This document shows positions 9,047-19,281 of a stretch of DNA of 64,000 nucleotides, one piece after another. The stretch spans positions 992,001-1,056,000 of the forward strand of contig OY761158.1 of the NCBI GenBank assembly GCA_963664405.1, read 5' to 3'. The stretch comes from Thermoanaerobaculia bacterium (GTDB taxonomy: Bacteria > Acidobacteriota > Thermoanaerobaculia > Multivoradales > Multivoraceae). Each line of letters starts with the position of its first letter. Position 1 is the first letter of the stretch. Under the pieces are notes generated by a model. The model was not told where the DNA came from. It made no database searches and worked only from the letters and a program-made list of their open reading frames with translations. The position numbers and the translations under genes are program-made.

Positions 9047-10180
9047 CTATCCCGTGAGCGTCAATGAGGGATCGAGCCATTCGACAATGCGCCCGTTCTC
9101 TTCTCGCGGATAGGTGTGAGACAGGTCCTCGATCTCGCGATACACAAGAGCTGCACCGCAGCGCTCGAGCTCCGCTCTGGCCATGCGCGCCGTCTCCACC
9201 GGAAACATCCAGTCGCGGCCACCGTGGACCAGATAAACGGGCTTCTCCGCCACCCGCCGGCGGGCGTTCGAATCCAAGGGAGCCAGAACACCGGAGATCG
9301 GCGCCAGATGAGTGAAGGGCACGCTTTCCTGCAGGCCGCAGATCATGGTGAAGGTCCCGCCGTCCGACATCCCGGTGAGCATTACGCGACCCGGGTCGAC
9401 ACACCAGGTCTCAGCCACCTTCTCGACCATCCCGGCCACCGAGGCGGTGTCGATCTCCGGCTGCAGCAGCGACCATGTATCACCGACCGAAGTCGGCGAC
9501 AGCAGCAGAAAGCCACGGCTGCGAGCTTCCCTGAGCCAGGTCCACAGGAAGTCCGCGCCGTGGCCGCTGCCGCCATGGAGGGCGACGACCAGAGGCCACG
9601 ACCGGGCAGGGTCGTAGAGCTCGGGAACGTAGAGCGAGAAGCCTCCGCGATGACTGCGATCGTTGGCACCGTCGAGAACCCCGACCGGAACCCCCGGTTC
9701 GTTCTCCAGGCTGGCCTTGGCCAGGCGAGCTACTGCTTCATCGGAAGAGGCGAGCGGCTCCTCCAAGAAGAAGCGATTCACCGGCACCAGTAACGGGGCC
9801 AATGGGTAAAGCCGCTCTACGGCAAGCACGCTGCGGCGCAAGGCGCGATAAAGACCGTAGATCGGTGTGGGGCCCACGGCGGGCTGGCGGAAGGCCTGAA
9901 GGGCTGCGAGAGCGTCGAGGCCGGCGTCGATCAGGGCGCGGCCGTCATCAGCGACGTGGCTGGGCCATTCGAGAGGCCCCACCTCTCGGATCGCCTCCTC
10001 GAGCGGTGCCTCCAGAGGCGCTAGCGCCTCGATCAGGCTCGTGACCGCGGAAGGGTGAAGTCGTCGTTGCGCCCAGGCCAAGCCGCCCAGAGCCTCGAGA
10101 AGCGCCGCAAGCAGCCGACTGACGGCGTCGGTGAGAGCTTCATTGCCGCCGGGTCGCGGTTCGGACTGTACTCCGCCCAT
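9047..10180 (-). CDS. alpha/beta hydrolase (phospholipase/carboxylesterase)
   Basis: PLVVALHGGSG, nucleophile GMSDG, HGGRD, SH catalytic His. Confidence 0.8.
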   Translation of the reverse strand: MGGVQSEPRPGGNEALTDAVSRLLAALLEALGGLAWAQRRLHPSAVTSLIEALAPLEAPLEEAIREVGPLEWPSHVADDGRALIDAGLDALAALQAFRQPAVGPTPIYGLYRALRRSVLAVERLYPLAPLLVPVNRFFLEEPLASSDEAVARLAKASLENEPGVPVGVLDGANDRSHRGGFSLYVPELYDPARSWPLVVALHGGSGHGADFLWTWLREARSRGFLLLSPTSVGDTWSLLQPEIDTASVAGMVEKVAETWCVDPGRVMLTGMSDGGTFTMICGLQESVPFTHLAPISGVLAPLDSNARRRVAEKPVYLVHGGRDWMFPVETARMARAELERCGAALVYREIEDLSHTYPREENGRIVEWLDPSLTLTG

Positions 10181-10185
10181 GTCGA

Positions 10186-10707
10186 TCAGCGGCGCAGGAA
10201 CAGCCGCATCGGAGAACCTTCGCCGGGTGCGTGAGTCGTCACCTGCAACTCGTCGTCGACGAGCTCACGCTCGACCACGAAGTGCCGCCCGCGACCGTCC
10301 ACCTGCAAGACCAGTTTGCCGTCTTCGATCACGGCAGCCGCAGGAGAGGAGGCGCTCTCTTCCAAGCTGAACACTTGGACCGTCCAGGACCGGTCTCGGT
10401 TGTCGGTGACGGCCCCTCTCAGATCACATTGCTCGATCCGCTCGACGTAGTTGATATGCAGTCTCAACTCCACAAGCATCGCCCGCCAACTCGACACCCC
10501 AGCGCTGTCGATCAGGAACGATCGGACATTCTCCGAATGGGTGAGCCGCCAGTGACCTCTGAGATCGGGGACCCCGCCGGGAAGTGGCTGGTCACATTCC
10601 GTCAGCGCAGGCTCAGGAATGGGCGGTCGACGGACCACGCTCAAGAGGCCCCAGCCCGCCAGGCTGACCGGTACGGCGATAAGGATAGCGACGATCTTCC
10701 CTCTCAC
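10186..10707 (-). CDS. hypothetical membrane-anchored protein
   Basis: N-terminal hydrophobic helix; co-oriented and closely spaced in the operon. Confidence 0.55.
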   Translation of the reverse strand: MRGKIVAILIAVPVSLAGWGLLSVVRRPPIPEPALTECDQPLPGGVPDLRGHWRLTHSENVRSFLIDSAGVSSWRAMLVELRLHINYVERIEQCDLRGAVTDNRDRSWTVQVFSLEESASSPAAAVIEDGKLVLQVDGRGRHFVVERELVDDELQVTTHAPGEGSPMRLFLRR

Positions 10708-10725
10708 GGCTTCCCTCGGGCCTGC

Positions 10726-11502
10726 TTATACGGTGGTCCAACCACCGTCGACGGCGAGAGTCGCCCCGGTCACGTAGCTCGACGCTTCAGACGCGAGAAA
10801 GAGAAGGGCGCCCCCCAGTTCGGCGGGGTCTCCACCTCGACCCATAGGTGTGCGACCGCGGATCCATCGCATACCTCCGTCATCGGCAAACATCTCCTGC
10901 GTCATCTCCGACGGAAACCAGCCCGGAAGAATCGCATTGACGCGAATGCCACGGCGCGCCCACTGAGCAGCAAGCTCACGGGTCATATTCACGACTCCAC
11001 CCTTCGACGCGGTGTAGGAAGCCTGTGGCACTTGGCCGGCACCGACCACGCCTAGAATCGACGCGATATTGACGATCGCACCACCGTTCGCCGCCAGCAT
11101 CACCCTCGAGCACCGCTGCGAGCACAGAAACACGCTGTTGAGGTTGACGTCGAGAATGTGCTTGAAGTGCTCGAGCGATTCTGCTTCCGCCGGCTGTGGG
11201 TCGGCGATACCGGCATTGTTCACGAGCACATCGACAGTGCCGTAGCGATCGACCACAGTGGCAATCAGACGGTCGACATCGGCCTCGCGGGTCTCGTCGC
11301 AAGCCACTGCAATGGCCTCGCCACCATCATCGGTGATGTCCGCCGCCAATCGCTGGAGCTTCTCCATCCTTCGCGCCGCGAGAGCGACTCGGGCCCCCGC
11401 CGCCGCCATGATCTCCGCCATCTTCGCCCCCAGGCCCGAAGAGGCGCCGGTGACGATCACGCTGCGGCCATCGAGGCGAAACAATCGAGTGGGATCATCC
11501 AT
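10726..11502 (-). CDS. SDR-family oxidoreductase
   Basis: TGASSGLG, NNAG, YTASK. Confidence 0.9.
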   Translation of the reverse strand: MDDPTRLFRLDGRSVIVTGASSGLGAKMAEIMAAAGARVALAARRMEKLQRLAADITDDGGEAIAVACDETREADVDRLIATVVDRYGTVDVLVNNAGIADPQPAEAESLEHFKHILDVNLNSVFLCSQRCSRVMLAANGGAIVNIASILGVVGAGQVPQASYTASKGGVVNMTRELAAQWARRGIRVNAILPGWFPSEMTQEMFADDGGMRWIRGRTPMGRGGDPAELGGALLFLASEASSYVTGATLAVDGGWTTV

Positions 11503-11607
11503 CCCGCGATCCTATCTCGCCAACGACTCTCCGCCTCGCCATTCCCATTGGCGACAGACCCTGGAAGAATACGCTGCCTCGACAACGACCTTCGGTGAGG
11601 AGCAGGA

Positions 11608-12405
11608 ATGGCACGACTGGCAATACTCGGCGGCGGCTTCATGGGCGGTTCTCTTGCAGAGGGTCTGATCGACTCCGGTTGGAACTCCGGCGACATCGTA
11701 ATCGCCGAGCTCCGCGAAGCTCGCAGAACCTTTCTGGTCGATCACCTCCACGTACCGACAACCGCCGATGCGGTGGCGGCGGTCGAAGGGGCCGAGAGCG
11801 TTCTCTTCTCGGTCAAACCACAGGACATCAGCGCCGTGCTCGACAATGTCGCCCCCGCCTTCAGCAAGGACAAGCTGGCGATCTCGATCTGCGCGGGGGT
11901 AAAAACAGAGGCCTTCGAAGCTGTGCTTGGCAAAGTGCCCGTGATCCGCAGCATGCCAAATACTCCTGCCGCCATCGGCCAGGGAGCTACCGCGATCGCG
12001 CGCGGCAAGTACGCTCACGACGAGCATCTGGCCACCGCCCTAAACATCCTCAGCACGGTGGGAAAGGTCGTCGTCGTAAAAGAAGAGCAGATGGATGCGG
12101 TGACCGCGGTGAGCGGGAGCGGACCGGCCTACGTCTTCTACCTCGCGGAGGCGCTGATCAACGCGGCGCAGCGCGAAGGCCTCTCCAAAGAACAGGCCTA
12201 CGTGCTCGTCTACCAGACCTTCGTCGGCGCCTCGGAGCTACTCTCCCACGACCCCGCCGATCCGCGGGAGTTGCGCGCTCGTGTGACTTCGCCGGGAGGA
12301 ACCACCGAGGCGGCGGTCGAGTACCTGCAAGAGCACGGCTGGGCCGAGATCTTCGAAGGTGCCGTGCGACGAGCTCGAGAGCGCTCCGAGGAGCTCGGCA
12401 AGTAG
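11608..12405 (+). CDS. proC: pyrroline-5-carboxylate reductase
   Basis: GGGFMG, VKPQ, RSMPNTP, TAVSGSGPAY, VTSPGGTT. Confidence 0.95.
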   Translation: MARLAILGGGFMGGSLAEGLIDSGWNSGDIVIAELREARRTFLVDHLHVPTTADAVAAVEGAESVLFSVKPQDISAVLDNVAPAFSKDKLAISICAGVKTEAFEAVLGKVPVIRSMPNTPAAIGQGATAIARGKYAHDEHLATALNILSTVGKVVVVKEEQMDAVTAVSGSGPAYVFYLAEALINAAQREGLSKEQAYVLVYQTFVGASELLSHDPADPRELRARVTSPGGTTEAAVEYLQEHGWAEIFEGAVRRARERSEELGK

Positions 12406-12415
12406 CTCGACGATC

Positions 12416-13225
12416 TCACGAGATCCAGTCCTTCACCCCCTCGGCAACCTCCTCGGCAGAGAGCTTCGAAGTGTCGAGCGAGAGGAATCGCTCGGGGCCC
12501 AGCGTCTTCCTCAGCACTTCGAGGGTCGTGTCTGGGTCGTAGTTCTTGGCTTCTTCCAACAGGATCGCCGCCTTCTCCGCGACAGTACCGGGAGGCAGCT
12601 CTGCCACCGCGGGTAGGGCACAGAGTCGGCTGAGATCCTCGGCACTCATCAACCGGTCGAGGCCGGGCAGATCCACCATCAAACCGTCGACACCAGGCAT
12701 GCTCTCGGGCCTGGGCGCGGTGCGATCGAAGTCGCCTCCGCGCGCCAGGAGCCGCTGCAGCCGGACCACCCCGGGCGCATAGAGCGCGAGAAAGCGGGCG
12801 CGAGGAAAGTGCTCCACCGCCCAGCTTAGTTCGGAGATGCCACGCAGCCCGTCGAAGGCGATCAGCCCCTCACACCTCGATGGGTCGAAGCGAAGACGGC
12901 TCAGCGCGTGGGCGACCCCACCCGGAAAACGATCGCGGTAGCCCGCGGTCAAGCGAAAGCGCTCGAGTCGATCGCTGACCGGCTGCGACGCGAGCCCAAG
13001 CTCTCGCTGCATCAGTGGGATAATTACCCGGTCGGCAACACTGCGGCGATTAGGAAGGAGCCTCATCGGCACCTTCTCTGCGAGGTGGCCTAGACAGGTT
13101 GTCTTGCCGACGCCGGTAACCCCGACAACGATGAGAAGGCGGTCGCACTGCTCCAGCGGAGCCCACCCTGCACACGCCTCCCCTACGAGCCCAAAATCGG
13201 TCCAGGGATCGAAGCCAGGGCCCAT
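12416..13225 (-). CDS. P-loop NTPase of unknown function
   Basis: Walker A GVTGVGKT, FDGLRG. ATG at 13225 lies just downstream of the upstream gene stop. Confidence 0.7.
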   Translation of the reverse strand: MGPGFDPWTDFGLVGEACAGWAPLEQCDRLLIVVGVTGVGKTTCLGHLAEKVPMRLLPNRRSVADRVIIPLMQRELGLASQPVSDRLERFRLTAGYRDRFPGGVAHALSRLRFDPSRCEGLIAFDGLRGISELSWAVEHFPRARFLALYAPGVVRLQRLLARGGDFDRTAPRPESMPGVDGLMVDLPGLDRLMSAEDLSRLCALPAVAELPPGTVAEKAAILLEEAKNYDPDTTLEVLRKTLGPERFLSLDTSKLSAEEVAEGVKDWIS

Positions 13226-13232
13226 CACTTGC

Positions 13233-14624
13233 CTACTCACCGCCGAGAAAGGCCAGGATCTTGGCTGCCGCACGCCGGTAGCCGTCGACGTTGAAGTGAA
13301 GTCCTTGATAGTCGGTCGCTCCCATTCGCGGGCCGGGAGCCGCGGAAGTGAGCGAAATCTGGACCAAGCCCTCTGCTCTCCACAGATTCGTGATCGTCGC
13401 TTCCTCGGTCTGGAGATTGTGCAAACGCCGAGGCGAGATTTCGCCACGATAGCGCTCCGGAGAGGGCACATAGATCAGAAGCAGCTCTCCGCCGCCGGCC
13501 CTGACCGTGGTCGCGACTCCCCGCCACAGCTTCGCGAGCTCGGCAAGCTCGGTCGCGGTCCAATCGCGATCGAGGAGCCCCGTGGAACGCAGCGCCTCAC
13601 CGATCAGGAGCTGGCTTCGGCCAGCCAGAAGCCACAGCGCAGCTCGCCTTGCGGACGAGAGGTGGATCTCATGCGAAGCCGTCGCCAGCTGCGCCTCCGG
13701 GAGAGCTTGGTCAACCAGTCGACGCATCGCCTGCTCGAGCTGGGCAGAAAACGACGCCAATCCTTTGTTCGCACTCCCACCGGTATAGCCGAGAAGCTGG
13801 ACAGAGCTCCTCTCCATCCGGTACTCGCGACGATCGTTGCCCTCGAAATAGAGCCAGAGTACCCGTTCTGTCGGCATTGCTCGGCCATATTCCTGAAAGG
13901 TCGCAAACTGCGTCAGCACCGACGATCCGTTGATGCCGAGGCTCAACACCTCACCGAGCGGGGCGAGAAGCGAGGTGAAGATCTGTTCCGCGGGCAGGCA
14001 GAAGCCCTGGACGTATGAGTCCCCGAGCAAGAGAGTCACCCTGCCGGCGGAGTCCCAAGTCTGATCGTCATTGCGAAAGCCGAAGCGATCGCTCTTGTAG
14101 CGGACCCAGCCGGACTCGGAGTAGCAATATACGGTCTCGACATCTGGAATTCCGCCCAGAGGGAGCACTGTCTCACCCCCGATCCGAGGGAGAAAGTGAC
14201 CCGGGCTCCCTTCCGCCAGAGCGGCAAGTCCAGAGGGAAAGAGTGCGGGATAGGCCGATACACCTTGTTCTCGAAGCTCGGTAACGCGAGCTGCCTTGCC
14301 TCCTCCGACGACGATGGGGTGGCGCAGATGAAGATAGGTCTCGTAGGCGTAGAAAGGCACAGCCAAGGTCAGCCAGGCGAGCGTTACACCCCGACGCCAC
14401 GGCCGAACCAGAGAGCCGAGAACGAACAGCAGGCCGATCATGACGACGGCGATCGCCGGAGCCCGAGTCAGGGGAAAGTCATGGCGAGATCCCATCACCA
14501 GCCCTATCGCGATAAAGGCCAAGATGAGCCCGCCAGGCCACAAGCCGACTCTCGTACCCGTCGTCGATGACCCTCCTGAGCCCTTCTGCTCTCGGTCTGG
14601 CGTGTTCTCCACCGCTATACTCAC
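13233..14624 (-). CDS. membrane-anchored SGNH/GDSL-like hydrolase or acetyltransferase
   Basis: Three N-terminal TM helices; GFRND, LLGDSYVQG, FEGND, HFNVDGY. Confidence 0.7.
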   Translation of the reverse strand: MSIAVENTPDREQKGSGGSSTTGTRVGLWPGGLILAFIAIGLVMGSRHDFPLTRAPAIAVVMIGLLFVLGSLVRPWRRGVTLAWLTLAVPFYAYETYLHLRHPIVVGGGKAARVTELREQGVSAYPALFPSGLAALAEGSPGHFLPRIGGETVLPLGGIPDVETVYCYSESGWVRYKSDRFGFRNDDQTWDSAGRVTLLLGDSYVQGFCLPAEQIFTSLLAPLGEVLSLGINGSSVLTQFATFQEYGRAMPTERVLWLYFEGNDRREYRMERSSVQLLGYTGGSANKGLASFSAQLEQAMRRLVDQALPEAQLATASHEIHLSSARRAALWLLAGRSQLLIGEALRSTGLLDRDWTATELAELAKLWRGVATTVRAGGGELLLIYVPSPERYRGEISPRRLHNLQTEEATITNLWRAEGLVQISLTSAAPGPRMGATDYQGLHFNVDGYRRAAAKILAFLGGE

Positions 14625-14680
14625 CTAAGGCTGCTTCTCGTCTCGGGTCCGTGTATATCAGTCTCTCTCCGCCCCGCGCC

Positions 14681-16513
14681 ATGAGTCAGGCACATCAGAA
14701 AATCCTCGAGGAGAAGAGCTACTCATCAGAACCGGCGGTCGAGTACCAGAGCCGACTGGAGCACAGGGGGCTGGAGGCCGCGCGCTGGCTTCGTCTGGAG
14801 AAGACCATCTCAGTCTCGCGACTCTTGGTCATGATCGTCCTGGCCGTGGTGGCGTGGCTCTCGCTGCAGAGCGGTCTCTTCTCCCCCGCTTGGGCCCTCG
14901 TCCCCCTCGGGCTCTTCATCGCCCTCGTCTTCGCCCATCGTCGAGTGCTGAGCAGGGCGTCGCTGGCACAGCGCTCGGCTCAGTACTACGAGCATGGCCT
15001 CGCCAGGATCGAAGATCGCTGGGTGGGAAACGGACCCTCGGGGGAGCGCTTTGTGGACGGCGCCCATCCTTACGCCGTCGATCTCGACATCTTCGGCAAC
15101 GCCTCCCTCTTCCAACTCCTCTGTACCGCTCGCACCCGCAGTGGCGAAGAAGTGCTGGCGCAGTGGCTCCTCGAAAGCGGCACTGAGCCAGAGATTCGCC
15201 AGCGCCAAGATGCTGTCATCGACCTGCGCCAGCGCGTCGACTTCAGGGAAGAGCTCTGGCGCCTCGGTGAAAGCGTTGCGGAGAGGCTGCACCCCGACGC
15301 CCTCATCCCCTGGGCCGAGGCGGGGCGCGGCGCGCCTTCCAAGGTGCTGCGCACTCTCCTCGCCGGCCTCGCCGGTCTGCAGATCTTCGCTATCGTCGCC
15401 TGGGCGAGCCTAGGCCAGGGGCCGACCCTTCTTCTCGCCCTGCTCTTGGTACACAGCGTCGTCGTCCTCGTTCTGCGCTCCAGCATTCGATCAGCCTTCG
15501 ACGGTCTCGAGGGAGCCGGGCGCGAGCTAGATATGCTTGGCCAGCTCATAAGCCGGATCCAGCTGGAGTCCTTTGAAGCCCCGAGCCTGCAGGCGCTGAG
15601 GAAGGAGCTCGACGCGTCTGGGCCAACGCCCAGTCACGAGATCGCCCGTCTGCAAAGACTTGTCGACTTCTTCGACTCGCGCAAGAACCCTCTATTCGCT
15701 CCGATCTCGGTCGCACTGGTGTGGACTCCACAGCTCGCATTTGCGGTGGACTCCTGGAGAGCCACAGCGGGCAAGAGAATTCGACGATGGATCGAGATTG
15801 CCGGAGAGATCGAGGCGACGGCGGCACTCTCGGGCTATGCCTATGAGCATCCCGAGGACGCTTTTCCCGACATCGTCAGCTCCGACGATGAACCTACCTT
15901 GGAGGGGGAGACTCTGGGGCACCCTCTCTGCCCGCGCGACACCTTCCTACGCAACGACATCGAGCTCAACCGCGAGCGCCGAGCCCTGATCATCAGCGGC
16001 TCGAATATGTCGGGCAAGAGCACCTATCTACGCACCGTGGGTGTCAACACAGTGCTGGCACTAGCTGGAGCTCCAGTGCGAGCCAGTCGCCTGCGGCTCT
16101 CGTGCTTCCGCATCGGCGCCTCTCTCGAGATCCATGACTCGCTGCAAGACGGTCAGTCTCGCTTCTACGCCGAGATCCTTCGCCTCAGGCAGGTGCTGAC
16201 TCTCGCCAAGGAGGGAGGGCCCGTGCTCTTCCTCCTCGACGAGATTCTGCACGGCACCAATTCTCACGACCGTCGCATCGGCGCCGATGCGGTGGTTCGA
16301 TCGTTGCTACGCCATCGCACCCTCGGGCTGGTGACCACTCACGACCTCGCGCTCTCCCAGATCGCGGAGGACCCTGAAGTCGCGGCCCTCAACGTCCACT
16401 TCGAAGATTCGATCGATGATGGGAAAATGGTCTTCGATTACCAGCTACGGCCCGGTGTAGTCACCAAGAGCAACGCTCTCGCCCTGATGCGAGAGGTCGG
16501 GCTCGAGGTCTAG
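14681..16513 (+). CDS. MutS-like ATPase (domain V only) with TM helices
   Basis: ISGSNMSGKSTYLR, SRFYAEI, LLDEILHGTNS, TTHD; N-terminal TM segments; no mismatch-binding domain. Confidence 0.85.
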   Translation: MSQAHQKILEEKSYSSEPAVEYQSRLEHRGLEAARWLRLEKTISVSRLLVMIVLAVVAWLSLQSGLFSPAWALVPLGLFIALVFAHRRVLSRASLAQRSAQYYEHGLARIEDRWVGNGPSGERFVDGAHPYAVDLDIFGNASLFQLLCTARTRSGEEVLAQWLLESGTEPEIRQRQDAVIDLRQRVDFREELWRLGESVAERLHPDALIPWAEAGRGAPSKVLRTLLAGLAGLQIFAIVAWASLGQGPTLLLALLLVHSVVVLVLRSSIRSAFDGLEGAGRELDMLGQLISRIQLESFEAPSLQALRKELDASGPTPSHEIARLQRLVDFFDSRKNPLFAPISVALVWTPQLAFAVDSWRATAGKRIRRWIEIAGEIEATAALSGYAYEHPEDAFPDIVSSDDEPTLEGETLGHPLCPRDTFLRNDIELNRERRALIISGSNMSGKSTYLRTVGVNTVLALAGAPVRASRLRLSCFRIGASLEIHDSLQDGQSRFYAEILRLRQVLTLAKEGGPVLFLLDEILHGTNSHDRRIGADAVVRSLLRHRTLGLVTTHDLALSQIAEDPEVAALNVHFEDSIDDGKMVFDYQLRPGVVTKSNALALMREVGLEV

Positions 16514-16529
16514 GCCAACGCCGCCTAGG

Positions 16530-16718
16530 TGTCAGTGCTCACAAGGTTGTTCAGTAAGAGGGGTGGTCCATCCCAGCCACTTCCGCCATGCTTTGGATAC
16601 GAAAACAACGCATGGAGAGGAGTGAAGGGATGGACCTGCACAAGAATGCCCGAAGCTGCCCGAAGAGTCGAGCCCTGCTGGTGAAGAGAGTGTTGGAAGA
16701 AGGTTGGACGGTCAGGAA
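16530..16718 (+). mobile_element. IS481-family left-end remnant with truncated transposase start (ATG 16630)
   Basis: TGT...CACAAGGTTGTTCA end; MDLHKNARSCPKSRALLVKRVLEEGW typical of the IS481 N-terminus; cut by IS6. Confidence 0.65.
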
Positions 16719-17525
16719 GGCACTGTCAACTTGGCCTTGGCCGAGGCGAGATCTGGCGTTATCAAGGGTTGGTCGGCTCGGATTCAGCAGGCGCTCGTCA
16801 CCTGCCGCCAGACAAGGAAGGACCGCTCTCGCAGCATACGGTGGTTCGCGGAGCTAACGAGGTGCCGCCCGACGCGGAACAGGTTCTGGATGACTCCGTG
16901 AGCGGAGAGGAATCGCTGCGCTTGGCCGGGCGACTTGAAACCGCGCATCTGTCGCTCCCGCTGACGCGTCGGCTGGTGGGAGACCTCGGCTCTGTTGTTG
17001 GCATACCGCCTCGTATCGTGCCGGACGGAGGGTATGGTGGTCCGATGCGCTGCGCCATAGCTCCTCAGCTTGTCGGTCACCAGGCGCAGCGGCTCTGCTC
17101 CTTGGCCCTTCAACAGCTTGCGGAAGAAGCGTTCTGCTGCTCTTCGATCACGGCGTGGCTGCACGAGGATGTCGATCACGTCGCCGTCCTGGTCGACCGC
17201 ACGCCACAAGTACTGCCTCTTGCCCTGGATCGTGACGAAGAGCTCGTCCAAAAACCACGTGTCACCCAATCGCCCGCCTCGCCGCTTCAGCGTGCGGGCG
17301 TACTCGGTGCCGAACTTCCGGCACCACTGACGGATGGCCTCGTAGGAAACCGTGATTCCGCGCTTCGCCAGGAGGTCCTCGACGTCGCGGAAACTCAGGC
17401 AGAACCGGTTGTACAGCCAGACGGCGTGGCTGATGATCTCGGGTGGAAACCGATGGCCGCGGTAGCTCGGTGTGCTGTTGTGCATCTGCCGACTCTGGCA
17501 GCCATGGGCTCAACTTGACAGTACC
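16719..17525 (-). mobile_element. IS6-family element, 807 bp
   Basis: TIRs GGCACTGTCAACTT / AACTTGACAGTACC; no target duplication evident. Confidence 0.9.
16784..17485 (-). CDS. IS6-family DDE transposase
   Basis: YRGHRFPPEII, LSFRDVEDLL, WFLDE, YLWRAVDQDG, TDKLRSY, NNRAEVSHQP. Confidence 0.92.
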   Translation of the reverse strand: MHNSTPSYRGHRFPPEIISHAVWLYNRFCLSFRDVEDLLAKRGITVSYEAIRQWCRKFGTEYARTLKRRGGRLGDTWFLDELFVTIQGKRQYLWRAVDQDGDVIDILVQPRRDRRAAERFFRKLLKGQGAEPLRLVTDKLRSYGAAHRTTIPSVRHDTRRYANNRAEVSHQPTRQRERQMRGFKSPGQAQRFLSAHGVIQNLFRVGRHLVSSANHRMLRERSFLVWRQVTSAC

Positions 17526-17875
17526 GGAAAGGCGCTTGGCGATGCGGTAATAGGCGCCAAGCGTAGTGCGGCGAGCGTCCTTGGCTTGATCGACGTCGAG
17601 GGACCAATCCGGATCCGGCACGACGTAAGGCGCCTTTTCGTCCGAGCAGACTCCCATGCTGTGCCAACCCTGCACAGCACCGCCACAGCTGGAGCCCGAG
17701 TAGCCTTCGCCCTCCCACTCGTCGAACTTTTTCGCCATCTCGTAGAGCATGCGAGAGCTGACCAGCCGCGTTTCATCGCGTGCCCGCAGTTGGTGGTTGA
17801 TGACTGCAGCGAGCCCGAAGCCAGTGCAGGCTCCCTCTTGACCTTGGTCGAGGACGGTTCTCTGCGCCGGCGGGT
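17526..17875 (-). pseudogene. fragment of papain-like C1 cysteine peptidase
   Basis: VLDQGQEGACTGFGLAA catalytic-Cys motif, SSRMLYEMAK; truncated on both sides. Confidence 0.7.
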
Positions 17876-18171
17876 CGATCGCCTTCTGGACCGGCTGGCG
17901 CATCGGAGAGGTGCTGAAGCTTGAGTGGTCCAACGTCGATCTAGAGAACGGCTTCGCAAAGCTCGTTCGCACCAAGACTGCCGCCGAGGAGGTTCGACAA
18001 CTTCCCAACGAGGCGATTGAGGTGCTGCGACTGCTGCCGCGTACCGTCGGCTGCCCCTTCGTCTTTCCGGGCCGCGACTCGAGGTCGAGACTGAAGTCAG
18101 TGAGAAAGCCATGGGTGGACATCCGCAAGAAGGCTGGCCTGAGCAAGCTGGAGGGGCTGGGCCCGTTTCGC
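17875..18171 (+). pseudogene. internal fragment of tyrosine recombinase/integrase
   Basis: In frame AFWTGWRIGEVLKLEWSNVD (box I R) ...TKT...FVFPG...IRKKAGL, broken by IS5 just before the HxLR box. Confidence 0.75.
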
Positions 18172-19281
18172 GGCGTTGGTGCATGAATCGACTTCGGCCC
18201 CGACGGTAGCATTGGCTCGGGATCCCGACCATTCATGGAGGGGGGGGCGATGCCATGGCCGCACGCAAGTCGAGCCGAGTCAACCGCGAGTACAAGACGA
18301 AGTACAGAGTCCGGAACTGGAGGGAGTACGAGCGTGGCCTCAGGAGCCGTGGCGATGTCACGATCTGGCTGAGCGAGGCGGCGATCGCCGCGTGGACGCC
18401 ACCGAAGAACGGTCTCCGCGGAGGCCAACGACAGTACTCGAACCTCGCGATTCTGACTGCGTTGACGCTGCGAGTCGTCTTCCGGCTGCCGCTTCGCCAG
18501 ACCGAGGGGTTCCTGGACTCGCTGCTGAGCTTGATGGGCCTGGGCCTCAAGGCCCCGGACCACACCACACTCTCGCGCCGGAACGAGGACGTCGAGGTGC
18601 CGCCCCTGATCCGAGCCCACGATGGCCCGATCCACCTGGTCGTCGATTCCACGGGGCTCAAGATCCTGGGTTCTGGCGAGTGGAATGTGCACAGGTACAA
18701 GGCATCGAGGAAACGCCGGGAGTGGCGCAAGCTGCACATCGGAGTGGATGATGAGGGCTTCATCGTGGCGGCCGAGCTCACGGCGAGTAGCGAAGGCGAC
18801 GCCTCCACCCTCCCTGATCTCCTTGCCCAGGTTGAGGTTCCAATCCAGCGTTTCACGGCAGACGGGGCCTATGACCACAGGCCGATCTACGATCGGGTCG
18901 CGGCGGCCGGCACAGAGGACATCATGATCGTGATCCCACCTCGTCGCTCGGCGGTGTGCGCGGGGCCCACGGACGGCCCGTGGGCGCAGCGAGAAGCGGC
19001 TCTTCAGAGGATTCGTGAGGTCGGACGACGAGAGTGGCAGAAGGAGTCGGGTTACCGACAGCAGGCTCGCGTCGAGAACGGGTTCTTCCGATACAAGTCA
19101 CTGCTCGGAGGCGACCTGAAGGCGAGGAACAGCAACGCGCAGACGAGAGAGGCCATCATCGGGTGTCACATCTTGAACCGGATGGCAGGGCTCGGCAGGC
19201 CAGAGTCCTACGCTGTGTCGTGACGGAAGGGCTGGGAAAAGCGGCCCAGGCTCGCTCTGGGTCGAATCGTGCAACAACGCC
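18172..19281 (+). mobile_element. IS5-family (IS903-like) element, copy 1
   Basis: TIRs GGCGTTGGTGCATGAATCG / CGAATCGTGCAACAACGCC; near-identical copy at 22472. Confidence 0.9.
18255..19223 (+). CDS. IS5-family (IS903-like) transposase
   Basis: YRVRNWREYERGLRSRGDVT, PLRQTEG, VDSTGLK, WRKLHIGVD, ADGAYD, YRQQARVE. Confidence 0.92.
   Translation: MAARKSSRVNREYKTKYRVRNWREYERGLRSRGDVTIWLSEAAIAAWTPPKNGLRGGQRQYSNLAILTALTLRVVFRLPLRQTEGFLDSLLSLMGLGLKAPDHTTLSRRNEDVEVPPLIRAHDGPIHLVVDSTGLKILGSGEWNVHRYKASRKRREWRKLHIGVDDEGFIVAAELTASSEGDASTLPDLLAQVEVPIQRFTADGAYDHRPIYDRVAAAGTEDIMIVIPPRRSAVCAGPTDGPWAQREAALQRIREVGRREWQKESGYRQQARVENGFFRYKSLLGGDLKARNSNAQTREAIIGCHILNRMAGLGRPESYAVS

Noticed and set aside
13226-13471. 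Long N-terminus of the P-loop ORF overlapping the SGNH gene
   Set aside because: It is a 240-bp same-strand overlap. The ATG at 13225 right after the upstream stop is more plausible.
17262-18878. 538-aa minus-strand ORF as a real fusion protein
   Set aside because: It is a chance read-through of antisense IS5, antisense integrase, a C1 peptidase fragment and IS6 sequence.
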